Assembly: GCF_009914755.1 (NCBI RefSeq)
Contig: NC_060927.1
Length of the DNA stretch: 64,000 nucleotides
Origin: the human T2T-CHM13v2.0 reference genome, Homo sapiens
Direction: 5' to 3' (one strand)
Position numbers and translations under genes: made by a program. The notes under the pieces are model-generated. The model saw nothing but the letters and a program-made list of their open reading frames with translations. It made no database searches and was not told the origin of the DNA. Shown one piece after another: positions 13,993 to 27,220 of this stretch (positions are counted from its first letter, which is position 1; every line of letters starts with the position of its first letter).

Positions 13993-14109
13993 ACTTAAAG
14001 CTATTGTAATGAATGTAATTACTTGCAGAAATAAATCTAAAGAAAAATTCTAAAAAAATTCCATACCCTGGAATGTAATTCCTTGGGTCATTTTATTTTC
14101 CGTATCTCC

Positions 14110-14725
14110 TAATCACAATTAATAATATTTACAGAGCACGTACTTCTTGCCAGCCAGTCTTTACATGGATTATCCCATTATTTAATCCTCATAAAATGTT
14201 GATAAAGCTGGTATTATTATCCTCATGTTATAGATTACAAAATTAAGGGTTAGGAAAGTTAAATTACCCATAGTGTCAGTCCATTCAGGCTGCTATAACA
14301 AAATACCTTAGACTGGGTAGTTTATAAACAAAAGAAATGTATTGCTCATAGTTCTGGAAGCTGGTTAGTCCAAGATCAAGGTGCCAGCAGGTTCCATGCC
14401 TGGTGAGGGATCTCTCATAGTTTCATAGTTGGTGCCTTGTTGTTGCTTCTTCATGTGGTGGAAAAGGTAAATGAGCTTCTTCGTGCCTCTCTTATAAAGG
14501 TACTAATCCCATTAATGAGGGTAGAACCCTCAGGATCTAAACACCGCTCAAAGGCCCTGTCTCTTAATATTATCATCTTGGGGGTTAGGATTCCAATATA
14601 TAAATTTCGGCAGAGGGAATACAAACATTCAGACTGCAGCACATAGCAAATAGTTAGGGAGCTAGGATTTGAACTCAGGCCAGCTGACCCAAGTCTCAGC
14701 TTTTAACCACTGCAGGATACACTGT
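14110..14725 (-). mobile_element. MIR, interrupted by MLT1A0
   Basis: TTTAATCCTCATAA...ATTATTATCCTCAT core and GGATTTGAACTCAGG B-box. Confidence 0.7.
14274..14641 (-). mobile_element. MLT1A-type MaLR solo LTR
   Basis: AGTCCATTCAGGCTGCTATAACAAAATACC...CATTCAGAC; perfect 5-bp TSD CATAG. Confidence 0.85.
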
Positions 14726-15364
14726 CAGCCTACCCAGCAGTGATTTTATATATGTAAAGCAAAATATTTCATGTGAAACTCATTAAAACTTCTAACTGTG
14801 TGATATCCAGACCCAGAAATTTGAGTGTATAACATCTTAGTTACCAGGTAAATTTTATATACTACAATTTATCACTGGATTATTCCTATTACCTCCAACT
14901 AGCCAGTAAATTACTCAAGAACAAAAGACAGGGGTGCACTTTCTAGAAGACAACATATTGCCTGGCAAATATTGAGTGAGTTAACGCCTGTCTCAAGAGC
15001 ACTGGGACCTAGGAATTGATCTTTCCTTAATAGAAAAATAAAATATCTTACCCTGTTCATCAGCTTAGGTAACACAATAATGTGGTCACGGATTCTCTAG
15101 TTACCTTTTTTTATTGAGAGGTTTCATTACTGACTTGAGTTTTTCCATGAGGCTTCCAAAACTGGTTAAGCCAATTTTACCTTGGCTTATCATCCTTTGA
15201 AAATTGACATATATTCTATTCCTTTAGAAAGTATTTCTGCTAATTTTCTTACATTTTTTAACCAAAAACACATATCCAAACATTAAATAAATTACACATG
15301 CCTTTGATTAAGTTTCTACAATTCCTTTCCAAAGTCCATAATAAACAATTAAAAATAAAAATCG

Positions 15365-15662
15365 GGCCAGGTGTGATGATCACACCTGTAATCCCAGCAA
15401 TTTGGAAGGCCAAGGCAGGAGAATCACCTGAGCCCAGGAGTTCAAGACCAGCCTGAGCAGCATAGCAAGACCCCATCTCTACAAAAAATTTAAAAATCAG
15501 CCAGGAGCAGTGGCATATGCCTGTAGTCCCAGCCACTCAGGAGGCTGAGGCAGGAGGATTGATTGAGCCTAGGAGTTCAAGGCTGCAATGAGCTATGATC
15601 TTGCCACTGCACTCCAGCCTGGGCAACAGAATGAAACCCTTTCTCAAATAATAATAATAATA
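15365..15662 (+). mobile_element. AluJ
   Basis: GAGCCCAGGAGTTCAAG and GGCTGCAATGAGCTATGATC J-type diagnostics; (AAT)n tail. Confidence 0.92.
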
Positions 15663-16187
15663 GATTAACCAATACATATTACAGTGTATTGGTTATTTAT
15701 TATTTAATCTATTCTTTTCCACTTTTGTCTAATTCACACCTGAATTTTGTCTTAGCACCAAGAAAATAAGATTTTCAGCTATACATAGAGGATCTCTCTC
15801 TTTTTTTTTTAAGCTGGTATCTACCCATATGTAAAGCTGGCCTTTAAGAAAAGCCAAAACAAAACAAAACAAAAAACAAATAATCATGAATTACATGGTC
15901 TCATGTTGGAGACCACTTAACTTCTAATTATTATTTTTCTCATAAACGCAGTACGGAAAAGAGAACTAAACCTGAGGGAAATGGCTACAATAACCAGCAA
16001 AGGCCAGTCAATAAGGCCCAGAATTGAAAATGAGGAGTATGAAATACTTAAAGCCATTATAAGATTTTGCTGTCTTTCTCCAACTATACAAACTGCTAAG
16101 AATAGTGCCTCCGGATCACCTGTTTAGTGGCTGAATCTGGAAATTACAACAAACTCCCACTGTACTGCCTAAGAGTGTTAGAAAGTG

Positions 16188-16211
16188 CACACACACACAC
16201 ACACACACACA
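16188..16211. repeat. (CA)n microsatellite
   Basis: About 12 CA units. Confidence 0.9.
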
Positions 16212-17149
16212 ATTTATTTAAAATCAAATTTTGTCTAAAAGAATCCATCACAAACATTAAAAGCTAAAAGGAGTCTTAGGGAATTCACCCTCTCAGTAAC
16301 TGAACTGAGGTCCAGACCACTAATTATTCAGCCCCAAAATCTCTCTCTCATACACACCCGTACAGAAAATGCCAACTGACAGGGATTTAAAAGGTTAAGA
16401 AAAAATAGAGCACAGAGCCAACATAAGTCATACAGCACCAAATCTGGCTATTTATGGCTTATTCAAATTTTTAGTATTTCCTGGGTTATAATTGAGCCTT
16501 AACTAAAAACCAAAATAAAATTAAACCACAATGTCATTAACAAATAACAATTAACAATACCGTCTATATAAAAACATCTTTGATGCCATAAAATATTAAG
16601 TGTCTAAAACCTTAATATTTATCATTGTATTTTCAGCCAGATCTTTCCATTAATGCAAAAGTGGTTGTTAATAATGTATAATAATCAGTAAGTTTGCAAG
16701 CTTGAGAAATATTTAGTTCAACAAACCATTTGATTTTTTTTTAAGCCAAAGAAAAAGTATTCAGACCTGGAGTGAATCACAATGCAATAGAGCCTTGGTT
16801 GTATTTAAAAGTGTAAATTCTGTTTTAAGCATTTCCACTCCACTTGAGAAAGAGCAACCACAAAATTCCCAAATGTCAACACAGATGGAAGTCGAGAGGA
16901 ACAGCAATGAAATCTAAAATGCAAACTATAACCTAAAAAAGAAGTACTCTTCCTTTCTCCTTAATGTTATGATGAGTATCCCCAAAGAGAGGAAAAGCCC
17001 CATTTTCTCCCATGTTTGTACACAGAAATCAGCATAATTAATGGGAAAACATTCCAACTAATACAAGGCATAATATAAAAGCCATGCATACATCACACAA
17101 GTTCTATGTATATGTGGTGTGTATACAACACAAATATACACACATATAA

Positions 17150-17310
17150 CATGTATGATATATAAAAAGTATAATACTCTATATAATATATAACACTCTA
17201 CATAATATATAGAGTATTATACTCTACATAATATAGAGTATTATACATATTATATAGATTATATATAATATATAGTTTTTTATATATAATATATAATATA
17301 TATTATAACT
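17150..17310. repeat. AT-rich low-complexity tract with inverted repeats
   Basis: ATAATACTCTATA / TATAGAGTATTAT units. Confidence 0.85.
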
Positions 17311-18568
17311 AGAGTTCTAATTTTAGTTTAGCCCTCCACCTCCCCATCTATATTCCCTAGAATCTCTTGAAAATCTTGATACTATAAAAAGATATTTCAA
17401 AACCTACCTCAATGTAAACCAGTAGTGCCTTAAAATAAGACAGCAAAGGGTTTCTCTTGCATGTTTCTGTTTGCCAGACTTCCCCCCATTAAAAACCTAA
17501 ATCCTTCTAGATTATGTCATTATAGCCAATTTCAGACCCAAAGAGTAGCTTCGAGAGCCTCTACTTAAAATGCTATCTCCTCTCAAGCCAAAAATTATAC
17601 CTAATTCATATTCATTTGGGATGGAAAGGAAGATAACCTGTTTCATTCACTTTTAAAATAGCACTTTAAAAAGAGAATTTGCTACCTACTAAATGAACTT
17701 GAACGTTATAAAAAAATCAGCAAATCAGTCTCTTATTCTAGTGTGAATACTGCTGTTCAGGAAAATGCTATGAACAACTTTAAAAGTTCAGGTGGACAAT
17801 TAAAATTCTATTCATTAAAAAAGGATGGTTTATGACATAAATAACTGAAACAGATTTGAAATAAATATGAAAACTGGGCATGCATGTCTTCCCCTTAGTA
17901 ATAAAAATGAAATAATATTTTTGTGAACCAAATAATATCAAAGAAGGCATAGGCGCCCCATCATTTGCTATGCCATAAACACAAAAAGGAAACCTTCTTA
18001 GGAAATCCACATCGAATTTTAACAGTGAAGGTGAATGAAGCCAGGAATGATAGAAATTACTACTGGCCTGGCTGGAAAATCATGTTGGGCCTGAGGCGAA
18101 AGAAGTTTTTTAAATAGGAGAATGTTCTGAAATAGAAAGCATGTTAAACAGAATTGCCCGAGGACTGTTAGGAAATGAAAAATTACACTAACTGCATTGG
18201 GAACAGCAACCTGATAAAAGCACAATGCACAAATTACAATCTTCTTCATGAGTAGTATTAGACACGAGAAAGGTTAAGCGGTATGTGAGAGAGGTTTTGC
18301 CCACCACAGGCCACTACATGATAAAAGAATTACTCCCAACTGTTTCTAGGGACCCTCCAACAACGACAGTAATAAATATTTCTAGATTCCTAATATTACA
18401 GAACAAGCTAGACCAGACCCCTAGTCAATACACATTTGCAAAACACCCCTGAGTACAAATCTCTATTCTAAATTCTATAGAAAATACCAAAAGACAATAA
18501 TGTGTCCCCTAACTATATTCTTCTCTTCTTAAATTCAAAACACACAGCCAGCATCCCAAAGATGCTCA

Positions 18569-18583
18569 GTGAGTCAGCACGTA
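18569..18583. promoter_or_regulatory. Overlapping ARE/MARE (GTGAGTCAGCA) and HRE (TACGTG on minus)
   Basis: GTGAGTCAGCACGTA in non-repetitive intronic sequence. Confidence 0.45.
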
Positions 18584-18977
18584 CTAAACAGCATAGTGTG
18601 GAAAACACAACATGGATGAGAGCAGGAAAACAACATTCCACTGGAAGAATGTGACTGATTGCTCATGAAGGCAAATACTTCTAAAAATGGCAATGTTTTC
18701 ATTATGAGTATGAGGTTAACTATTATTTAAAGTTATATATGCAAATATAAATAAAAAGTATGAACACTGAAGAAACTACCATCTAGAGAAAACAAGAAAA
18801 GCAAGTCATGAAGAAAAGAATATAAAAAGACACAAGGCACACACACAATCATGAACACACATACACCCCCACAATATTATCACTAGTTTTAAGTTTTAAC
18901 AGAGAATCAATCTTTCCAACCCCCCTCTCTTACAGGCAAAGACCAACTCAAAAATAATGCAAGTCATAATGAGTCAC

Positions 18978-18997
18978 CTCACTTTAGCAAGATTCAT
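18978..18997 (-). CDS. GBE1: Candidate alternative GBE1 first coding exon (MNLAKV-R)
   Basis: Minus strand reads ATG AAT CTT GCT AAA GTG AG|GTGACT, ending in the same phase-2 AG as canonical exon 1. Confidence 0.55.
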
Positions 18998-19558
18998 GGG
19001 ACAACGAAGTTAGAAACAGCTGTTAATCTGGGCCGAATCCAAGTGAAATTGGAACATCCAGAAAGGTCTAGGGCTATTAAAGCAGACAGCAGTCACCTGA
19101 TCTCAGTCATTTTATCAAGAAAGACCAGATTTACTTTGTCTGGCCCATGTTTTTGTTTTGTGTTGTTTGTGTTTTTGCTTTATAGGACGGACATGATGCA
19201 TTTAGCATTAAAAAAAGACATGAATAAGAATTACCTCAATGAAAAGGTCAACGTGGACTAGCCATGCCAAGTAACTTAGGGCAAACATGACCACCTACTT
19301 AGCCACTGTTAAGTATGTGGCATATCTCCATGTTTACACTTAACATATCATCTACTTATTTATCTTCAAATATAAAAAAGTCACTGGTCAATAATTGCAG
19401 AGTCCCTATCTTAGGCTAAGTCAGAATTTCTTTGGGTCTAATTACCTCTGTTATGAACACAGGGCTGACTGAACCATTCTCCCTCCTTAATCTTCCCCTT
19501 GAATCTCTTTGTGGAGTGATACCAACTTTTTCCAAAAGCTGTTATTTCAAATACCCAC

Positions 19559-19856
19559 CTGCACTGTCTAATATGGTAGCCACCAGCCAAACATTATTAT
19601 TAAGCACTTGAAATATGACTAGTCCCAACTGAGATGTGCTATAAGTGTAAAATACACATCAGATTTCAAAGACTTAGTACAAACGACAGGTAAAATATCT
19701 CATCAGTACTCTTAAGTTACATGTTGAAATGATACTTTGAATACATTAGGTTGAATAGTGTAAAAATTAGTTTTCTTTCTACCTTTTTTAATGTGGCTAC
19801 TAGAAAAGTTTAAATTACCTGTGTGATTTATATTACATTTCTATTGGATAACATTG
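19559..19856 (+). mobile_element. MER33 (hAT-Charlie)
   Basis: GCACTGTCTAATATGGTAGCCAC...GAGATGTGCTATAAGTGTAAAATACAC...TTTCTATTGGA. Confidence 0.82.
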
Positions 19857-20837
19857 GTCTGGGCAGGACACCTAACATGGAATCAGGAGGAGCATGAGCA
19901 TTCAGTACTCATTTGCTTTTCTGGAAACCTCTCCAGATAACACTCATAATGTCCCTTGACTCACTCAGGAATGCAGCCACTTAGCTTACTCAGGAATTGC
20001 CTCATTCCCATTAAAAACAGCCCACTATCCCTTCCAAAATGGGCTTATCTGTTATAAAGAAACATGTTGCTGTGTTTTCAGATATGATTTGCAAGCTATT
20101 TTAGAGGCTTCAGTGCTCACACAATGTGGCAATTCTTACACAAGCACATTTTCCAACTGAACCAATTTTGCAAGTAAACTTTCACTGTAACCAAAGCTGT
20201 ATAAAAGTTCAAATGATACCTTCATTAAATGTTTTAATGAAGATTAATGTCTTAGCTCTTACATTATTTATTTCCACAAAACCCACAGACTTCCACATTC
20301 TTAAAGACTCATTCTAATTTTAATAGAGAAATAATTTTGAGAACTTAAAGCAATTCAAAAGAACTTCTTTGTCATATATGTATTATCCCCTTCCTTAATA
20401 GAAGAAGATATGCTTTCATCTGTATTACACTGAACTTTGTGATTAAATATCTACTCTGTGTTTATTTGCCTAACTGAGCTCCTGTCAGGTAGGACGCCTA
20501 TCTTACTCATATTTGTTCTGCTATCATATAGAAAAGTGCCTGTGCCAAAGAGAGTGTTAGGAATAAACTTCTTACAAATCTGCAACAGTAAAACTCATAG
20601 TACAGATGTAAGAAAAAGCAACTTTGATAATATTAACAATAAAACCCTTTTTACCTATAATAAGAGTTAGAAAACTTACTGTGACCACCAAAAAATTAAG
20701 TAACTTGGTTAACCTCATCAGTATATACATGTATTACTTATTTTTAAAAATTTGAAATACATACTTATAGCTTACATATTTACAGAACAAAATTTAGCCC
20801 TTTGCTAACTCCATTTTGAACAGAGGTATGGGACTAC

Positions 20838-20915
20838 CTACTACTGAAAGTATCCTCTGGGAAACAGCAGCATCAGCATCACCTGGAAACTTCTTAGGAA
20901 GGCAGACTCTGACCC
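20838..20915. mobile_element. MER5A fragment
   Basis: CAGCAGCATCAGCATCACCTGGAAACTT.TTAG. Confidence 0.6.
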
Positions 20916-21690
20916 CAATGCACATAAAATGATGTATATGTAAATTATAACAATAATAATTATTGTAATGATGGTGATGATTATTATTATTATCAGTAAA
21001 CTTGGTAGAGATCACTTTTGGATGTTTAGTGCTTCAAATTCATTATAATGAGTTACAATTGTAGAATAAATATTTCCTCAAAAACTTAGCACAAATGACA
21101 GGTAAAATATCTCATCAGTAATCTTTTAAGTTACATGTTGAAATGATAATTTGAATACATTAGGTTGAATAGTGGAAAAATTACTCCACTTTACCTTTCT
21201 GTTTAAAGGCAGATAAATTTTTAGCTATATTATTCATAAATTTTCTAAATTTTGCCAAATAAACGTACAAACAACTTCCATCTCTCAACAACTAATCAAT
21301 TTCTATTTGGAAAGTGGCATGCTATGATTTCTAATATATTTATAAGATAATGAACCCTGATAAATATCAAAGAAAATATTAATATTGGAATAAACTAAAG
21401 GCTAATTTCATTTAGATAAAAGAAACTAATTTTGTAAAATACTGACATTAGTTAAGATTTAACCAATTCATTCTTACAAATAAAATTATAACACAAAATA
21501 TTAGATTTACTTGTCATTTAAGTCAAATAAACAGACAAAATGAATGAAACTTATTTTTAAAGTAATAGGTGTTTGTTTTTTCTCTGTACTTCAATGTATA
21601 TAAATAAAGGCAATCGTTTTCATAATGTAGAAGTGAAGACTGATACTGTGAAATGAGAGGGTTCTGAGACTAAAATATAAAACGTTTTAA

Positions 21691-21981
<291 letters not shown>

Positions 21982-22819
21982 AAGAAATGAAATTTTTAAA
22001 AATAAAAAATCAAATTAAAATGATAAGTCAAATTAAAATGATAACCACTACAGTTATGCAGTATACATGAACATATACATTCATACAGATTCATATGAAG
22101 AAATATTTGGAATATAAATCAATAATGTGACACGACAGAAAAATATGAAAATCAAAAACTGAAAAGAAAAAACCTTAACATGAGGCACCTACTTGAGAAT
22201 AAATTCCCATATATATCACAAATTTTTGCCTGGCTTCCTAAAGTTTAGGGTTTGTCAAAGCTTAAAATGAGATCTCATAAATAAGAAAACTGACAGTTTG
22301 TTTCCATGCTTTCGATAACCTATAATATGTGTAAAAATTTTCATTGCTTGTACCTTTCAGTGACACCTGATTAAAGATGAGGGTAATTTTGGTCAGGTCG
22401 CTTCTCAATACAAGTTTGTCAGTTTATGATCATTAAAAGGAAGCAAACACACATAAGCAATAAAATAAACCTGGACTTAAACCTAAAACATTACACAAAA
22501 AATTAATGCACAATGGATCACAGACTTAAATGTAATATGTAAAACAACAAAACTTTTAGAAAAAAAAATAGAGAAAATGTTCAGGTCCTAGAGCTAGGAA
22601 AAGAGCTCTTAGATATGGCAACAAAAGCATGATTCATCAAAATAAATGAAAAAATTGAAATTTTTAACTTCACTAAAATTTAAAAATTTTGCTCTGTGAA
22701 AGACTCTGTTTAGAAGATAGAAAGACAAGCCACAGACAGAAAGAAAATATGTGTAAACCACAAATCTAACAAAGGATTTATGTGTAGAACATATAATGAA
22801 CTCTCAAAACACAAAAATA

Positions 22820-23550
22820 GGCCAAGCTCAGTAACTCAAGCCTGTCATCCCAGCACTTTCGGAGTCTGAGGCAGGCTGGTCATTTGAGGTCAGGAGTTGG
22901 AGACCACACTAGCCAACATGGTGAAACCCCATCTCTACTCAAAATACAAAAATCAGCTGAGAGTGGTGGCACATGTCAGGTCTCTGAGCCCAAGCCAAGC
23001 CATCACATCCCCTGTGACTTGCACGTATACGCCCAGATGGCCTGAAGTAACTGAAGAATCACAAAAGAAGTGAAAAGGCCCTGCCCCGCCTTAGCTGATG
23101 ACATTCCACCATTGTGATTTGTTCCTGGCCCACCTTAACTGAGTGATTAACCCTTTGAATTTCCTTCTCCTGGCTCAGAAGCTCCCCCACTGAGCACCTT
23201 GTGACCCCCGCCCCTGCCCACCAGAGAACAACCCCCTTTGACTGTAATTTTCCATTACCTTCCCAAATCCTATAAAACGGCCCCACCCTTATCTCCCTTC
23301 GCTGACTCTCTTTTCGGACTCAGCCCGCCTGCACCCAGGTGAAATAAACAGCTTTATTGCTCACACAAAGCCTGTTTGGTGGTCTCTTCACACGGACGCG
23401 CATGAAAGCACGCACCTGTAATCCCAGCTACTAGGGAGGTTGAAGCAGGAGAATCATTTCAAATGGGGAGGCAGAGGTTGCAGTGAGCCGAGATCACGCC
23501 ACTGCACTCCAGCCTGGACAACAGGGCAAGACTCATCTCAAAAAACAAAA
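22820..23550 (+). mobile_element. AluSx-like element split by an LTR7 insertion (22820-22973 and 23408-23550)
   Basis: Left arm through GTGGTGGCACA; resumes GCACGCACCTGTAATCCCAGC after the LTR. Confidence 0.9.
22974..23407 (+). mobile_element. HERV-H solo LTR (LTR7Y/LTR7B-type)
   Basis: TGTCAGG.CTCTGAGCCCAAGCCAAGCC...CACACGGACGCGCATGAAA; TATAAAA 23271, AATAAA 23343; TSD GCACA/GCACG. Confidence 0.95.
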
Positions 23551-23750
23551 ACCGGCAAGTGAAAAAAGAAAAATCAATCCAGTTAGAAAATGGGCAAAAG
23601 ACATGAATAAACATTTCACCAAAGAAAACGTACAAATAGAAAATAATACTTTAAAAGATCTTTAAATGTAATTAGGCATTAGAAAAATGCAAATTAAAAC
23701 CACAATGACATAGCACTATATACCTATTAGTTAACATAAAAAATAGTGAA

Positions 23751-24507
<757 letters not shown>

Positions 24508-25919
24508 CTATCACAGCATTCTGTGCATTTATCTCAGAGAAATAAAACCTATACATAAATATTCATATCTTAGGTTTACTGTAATATTTGTAATAGCCAA
24601 AAACTGGGAACAATCCAAATGTCCTTCAACAGGTTAATAAACAAACTGGATGGATGGTACATCCATACAATGGAATACCACTAAGTGACAAAAAGGAACA
24701 AACTATTGATATATGCAACGTGGAGAGATCTCAAGGGAATTATGCTGAATGAAAAAAAAAGGCCAAAAAAGCCACTGTCAAAAACTGATATATGATTTCA
24801 TTCATAGAACACTCCCCAAATGAAAAACATTACAGACATGCAAACCATATAACTCACTGGTTGCCAAAAGTTAGGGATGGGTGGGGGAGGGGCAATGTGA
24901 GTATAAAGGAATAGCAGGAGAGCATTCCTTCGTAGTGATGTAACAGTTCTATATCTTCATTGCAGTGTCAGTTACATTAATATACACATGTGATAAAATT
25001 GTATAGAAGTGTAGACACACACAAATAAGTATATGTAAAAACTGGAGAAATGTAAATAAGGTCTGTAGTTTGCACCAATGTCAATCTCCTGGTTTTGATA
25101 CAACCACTGCAGTTATGCAAGATATTACCACTGCAGCAAACTTAGTGAAGGGTAGAGGAGCCTTCTCTAAACTCTGTTTGCAACTTTCTGTGAGTCTGTA
25201 ATTATTTCAGAATGATTTTTTTTAATACGGTCTAACACAATTTACAATTGTCTAAACAATCTCCACTATGTTTTCAAATGTCCTCTGACTTTATAGGTAC
25301 TTGGAACCTGCTAAAACCAACCCTTAGGTTTGATACTACTCTTATTTCTATGTACTTCTTGTTTATATGTTGTATTTGTGAGTAGAGGTTTGCCTAATAC
25401 TGCATGGGTACCATACAGTTTTTAATTAAAGGCACTTTGGAGAAGTAAAGCAAAAAGAAGCCTGTTAGTTTCACTACACTCCTATTACTAGTAAGCACAA
25501 CTTAAACCACAAAAATAACACTGCCAATCAAAATGGTCAAGAGGATGGAAGACTCCAAGGTGTAGGCAAAAAGCAAACAGGTAAACAAAAGTGTCAGAGT
25601 ATTTTAATGCAGAAAGAGAAAAGCTGAGACAAAATAATAATAAAAAGCACAAAAATGACAACCATGAAGACTGATAGTTACACATCTTAAGCTTTAAAAA
25701 GAACAGCACGGAAAGGTACAATGTTAAAGCCTCATAAGCTTGTGTGTAGTTACGTAAAAAAATAATTCATGCTTTAAAGACTTAGCATAAATTAATGGAC
25801 ATTTTTAATTTTGTTCTCCTTTTCTTTTTAATCACACAAATTTTCTATTCTCCAAATAACTGAAAACTGACCATTTTTTCATGAGCCCAAGATAAGATGA
25901 AAAAATTATTAGTAATTAA

Positions 25920-26395
<476 letters not shown>

Positions 26396-26499
26396 AACAT
26401 TCTTATATTTTCTAAGAATATTCATGAAATTAAAAAAAGAAGATAGTGGAGCTAGGGCCAAGTAGCTGAAGTGACTGAATCACCTTAAGACAGAGCAGT

Positions 26500-26827
26500 G
26501 AAAAGTCTCTGTATACCCCCGGCCCTCCGCCAAAAAAAAAGAACCCAGAAAAACAAAGATCAGGTCTAGCAAAGTAAAATCCATAACCAGCGGCTGGTAA
26601 TACTGAGGGGTGTTACTATAGACTCCTCTCAGGAACAGTAGAATGCCTGGATCCTGCACAGAATGATTTGTGCATAGATGTGATTTTAGAGGACTACAGC
26701 ATGATCTCACTGGGCTTTTCATCTTCTGCCAGATGTAGTTTCCTCTTTGGAGAAAGGAAAAGAGCCCTGGGAAGTTGTGATGGATGAGACAAAAGGATAC
26801 ATTTCAGGAAGATGTGTGTGCCACTGA
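26500..26827 (+). pseudogene. Processed KRAB-domain pseudogene (KRAB-A joined to KRAB-B, no zinc fingers), antisense within GBE1 intron 1
   Basis: 26591-26640 RLVILRGVTIDSSQEQ*; 26641-26727 ECLDPAQNDLCIDVILEDYSMISLGFSSS; 26729-26827 PDVVSSLEKGKEPWEVVMDETKGYISGRCVCH*. Matches KRAB-A ([33 protein letters not shown]..SLG) and KRAB-B (PDVISLLEQGKEPW) with no intron; has a stop and frameshifts. Confidence 0.9.
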
Positions 26828-26974
26828 AAGCCTTGATGATCCAGGCTCACTTTCAGCTAAGGATGACCATGGGACAATTCTGATCAATAACCTGTAAATG
26901 GGAAGAACCAGTTGAAGTTTACAAGAAAGCTAACATATGCTTCACTAAAAAAGACATAGTAAGCTAGCACGTGT

Positions 26975-27220
26975 TCCAGCTAGAAACATGGATGTGGTGC
27001 CAAGCTGTGCCCAATCAACCTCTAAGCATAAGAAAGGAGACCATATGCTAAGGATAATATAGCAGAAGATAAAGAAGGATGTATTTAAGCTAAAGCCCAA
27101 ACCACTGACCTTCGCTTTTCTTCACAAGCCTCTATTTCTATAATTCATTGCTTGTGGGATATTCTGTTAATTGAAAGTGTGCTGGGTTTTCTATGACATG
27201 AACCTAAATGCATAACCAAT
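26975..27220 (+). mobile_element. Old MLT1 (J/K/L-type) LTR fragment
   Basis: CATGGATGTGG...CCATATGCTAAGGAT..AGCAGAAGATA...GGGTTTTCT. Confidence 0.5.

Noticed and set aside
19228-19266. Another ATG plus donor (GAG|GTAATT) on the minus strand
   Set aside because: ATG GCT AGT CCA CGT TGA stops before the donor, so it cannot be a coding first exon
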